From Patescibacteria group bacterium (lineage in GTDB: Bacteria; Patescibacteriota; Minisyncoccia; Phycocordibacterales; UBA2100): 35,953 nucleotides of DNA. The stretch is taken from NCBI GenBank assembly GCA_015491135.1, contig WFWK01000070.1, positions 1 through 35,953 on the forward strand. The letters are read 5' to 3'. Position 1 is the first letter of the stretch. Each line of letters opens with the position of its first letter. The notes beneath the pieces were generated by a model. That model did no database searches. It had not been told where the DNA came from and saw only the letters and a list, made by a program, of their open reading frames with translations. The position numbers were made by a program, and so were the translations under genes. Below, in pieces: positions 34,721-35,953 of the stretch.

Positions 34721-34794
34721 GGGCGGTTAGCTCAGTTGGTTAGAGCGCATCCTTGACGTGGATGAGGCCAGAGGTTCGAGCCCTCTACCGCCCA
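34721..34794 (+). tRNA. tRNA-Val (anticodon GAC)
   Basis: Acceptor GGGCGGT/ACCGCCC, anticodon stem CATCC/GGATG with loop TTGACGT, T arm AGAGG-TTCGAGC-CCTCT. Confidence 0.9.
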
Positions 34795-35023
34795 CAAATG
34801 AAATGTGTGGGCGGTAAGAAAGCAAACTGCTTTGCTTTCGTGAGGGCGAGAAAGGCGGAGGCATGTCGCGCGCAGCGCGAGTAAAGTGAGCGCGAGCACG
34901 ACAGCCGAGCCCGGGCAGGAGCCACTTAGCGAGCCAACTCTTTCGGAGAAAGAGTTGGAGAGCTTAGTGAGCTGACGCCGAGCCCTCTACCGCCCACAAA
35001 TGAAATGTGTGGGCGGTAAGAAA
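34777..35023 (+). mobile_element. non-coding 157-bp insert downstream of tRNA-Val, bracketed by identical 45-bp direct repeats of the tRNA 3' end plus hairpin
   Basis: CGAGCCCTCTACCGCCCACAAATGAAATGTGTGGGCGGTAAGAAA occurs at 34777-34821 (within and after the intact tRNA) and again at 34979-35023. The interior 34822-34978 is GC-rich and has no ORF. Confidence 0.6.
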
Positions 35024-35160
35024 TAAGTAAATAAATGCTTATCGTTTGTGAATGTAAAAAATGGTTGCAAATTACAAAAAAATGTAGTTTTTAAATCTGC
35101 AATTCACACAGATTCACTTTGTATACAAAACAAATACCGCGCATATGGTATAATTTTCAC

Positions 35161-35613
35161 ATGGAAGTATATCTCGCCTCTGATCATGCAGGGTTTGATG
35201 CAAAAAAGGAACTTATAACCTTTTTGTTGGAAAAAGGTTATGATGTAAAAGACTTTGGAGCATTTGAATATGATCCTCAAGATGATTACCCAGATTTTAT
35301 AGCTCCTCTTGCAAAAGCTATATCGCACAAAAAGAAAGATGTTTTCGGTTTTATCTTCGGAGGGTCAGGACAGGGTGAAGCGATAGTGGCAAATCGTTTT
35401 GCAAATGTACGCGCTACTGTTTTAGCATGTGAGAACAAGCAGTTGGTAACTCTTGCGCGAGAGCACAACAATGCAAATGTTCTAAGTTTTGGCGCAAGGT
35501 TTTTGTCGGTTGAGTTTATAAAACAGGCGGCGATTTTGTTTTTAGAAACCGATTTTTCACACGCCCCGAGGCATACAAGAAGGATTGAGAAAATAGATAA
35601 TTTAGATTTATGA
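35161..35613 (+). CDS. rpiB: ribose-5-phosphate isomerase B
   Basis: MEVYLASDHAGF, GSGQGEAIVANR and the NANVLSFGAR pattern. I prefer the ATG at 35161 because TGGTATAAT lies 6 nt upstream. The gene ends in TGA. Confidence 0.85.
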   Translation: MEVYLASDHAGFDAKKELITFLLEKGYDVKDFGAFEYDPQDDYPDFIAPLAKAISHKKKDVFGFIFGGSGQGEAIVANRFANVRATVLACENKQLVTLAREHNNANVLSFGARFLSVEFIKQAAILFLETDFSHAPRHTRRIEKIDNLDL

Positions 35614-35953
35614 TTACAGATGCGCAACTTAAAAAACTAAAAGAAACTTCAAAAAAAATTCGCATTGCTGTTTTGGAAATGCTTGCCGAAGCAGGCTCCG
35701 GGCATACTGCCGGCTCACTCGGTATGGCAGATGTTTTTACCCTTCTTTATTTTCATATTCTGCGACACAAACCACAAAACCCAAATTGGGAAGACAGAGA
35801 TGTGGTTGTCCTTTCAAACGGGCACATAGCACCGGTTTTGTATGCGACACTTGCATATGCCGGCTATTTTGAAAAAGAGCTGCTTCACACCTTAAGAAAA
35901 CTACACTCTCCGCTTCAGGGTCACCCTCATAAAGGAGCTCTTGCCGGAGTGGA
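35610..35953 (+). CDS. transketolase, N-terminal subunit (3' end outside the window)
   Basis: This gene is not in the ORF track because no stop is reached. My translation is MITDAQLKKL...AEAGSGHTAGSLGMADVFTLLYF...DRDVVVLSNGHIAPVLYATLAYAGY...LQGHPH. The ATG overlaps the rpiB TGA (ATGA). Confidence 0.8.
   Translation, partial: MITDAQLKKLKETSKKIRIAVLEMLAEAGSGHTAGSLGMADVFTLLYFHILRHKPQNPNWEDRDVVVLSNGHIAPVLYATLAYAGYFEKELLHTLRKLHSPLQGHPHKGALAGV

Noticed and set aside
33825-35023. Possible CRISPR array, because of the many short repeats near the tRNA cluster
   Set aside because: The repeats occur only as pairs of different sequences (41-70 bp and 45 bp). They are copies of tRNA 3' ends or terminators, and they are not regularly spaced with unique spacers. 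There are no cas genes in the window.
1-35953. Alternative genetic code (UGA as Gly, as in SR1/Gracilibacteria)
   Set aside because: TGA terminates well-supported genes (CofE-like at 13430-13432, rpiB at 35611-35613). An RF2 gene is present. No conserved gene shows in-frame TGA.

Overview
This window is an AT-rich, tightly packed bacterial chromosome segment. Its streamlined housekeeping content looks, by inference only, like a Patescibacteria/CPR (Parcubacteria-like) genome. I call 32 protein genes:
- DNA repair and replication: PIF1-like helicase (5'-truncated by the window edge), uvrB, class II RNR nrdJ, rdgB/Ham1.
- RNA modification and translation: miaA, LigT-like 2H phosphoesterase, RsuA-family pseudouridine synthase, short RF2, infA, valS, tsaD.
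- Cell division, stress and metabolism: ftsE, ftsX, pyrG, clpB, Hsp20, peroxiredoxin, cyclophilin, rpiB, split transketolase (3'-truncated by the window edge).
- Membrane proteins: MFS-like transporter, MsbA-like ABC exporter, M50 protease, PrsW-like protease, DedA-PAP2-LssY fusion.
- Others: DUF192, CofE-like protein, a small HNH-like protein and a few orphans.

There are six tRNAs: Thr-CGT, Thr-GGT, Gln-TTG, Glu-TTC, Ser-CGA and Val-GAC. The genetic code looks standard, because TGA is used as a stop and RF2 is present.

I do not see a multi-gene defence, CRISPR, prophage or other accessory protein system. The structure that genes do not explain is non-coding:
1. An independently transcribed, GC-rich, multi-helix RNA of about 170 nt that I cannot classify, at 12460-12631 on the minus strand.
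2. Three tRNA genes (Gln, Glu, Val) that are each followed by a short non-coding insert. Each insert is bracketed by direct repeats copying the tRNA 3' end and/or its terminator. The inserts are built from shared modules that show compensatory hairpin changes.
3. A REP-like 45-bp palindrome family at the 3' ends of plus-strand genes. Its loop has been hit twice by smaller palindromic elements with a (G)CACTTTG target-site duplication.
4. A pervasive leaderless architecture, with a TATAAT-like -10 hexamer 6-8 nt upstream of the ATG at 13 genes.

All coordinates for repeats, promoters and RNA helices were derived by eye from the sequence.
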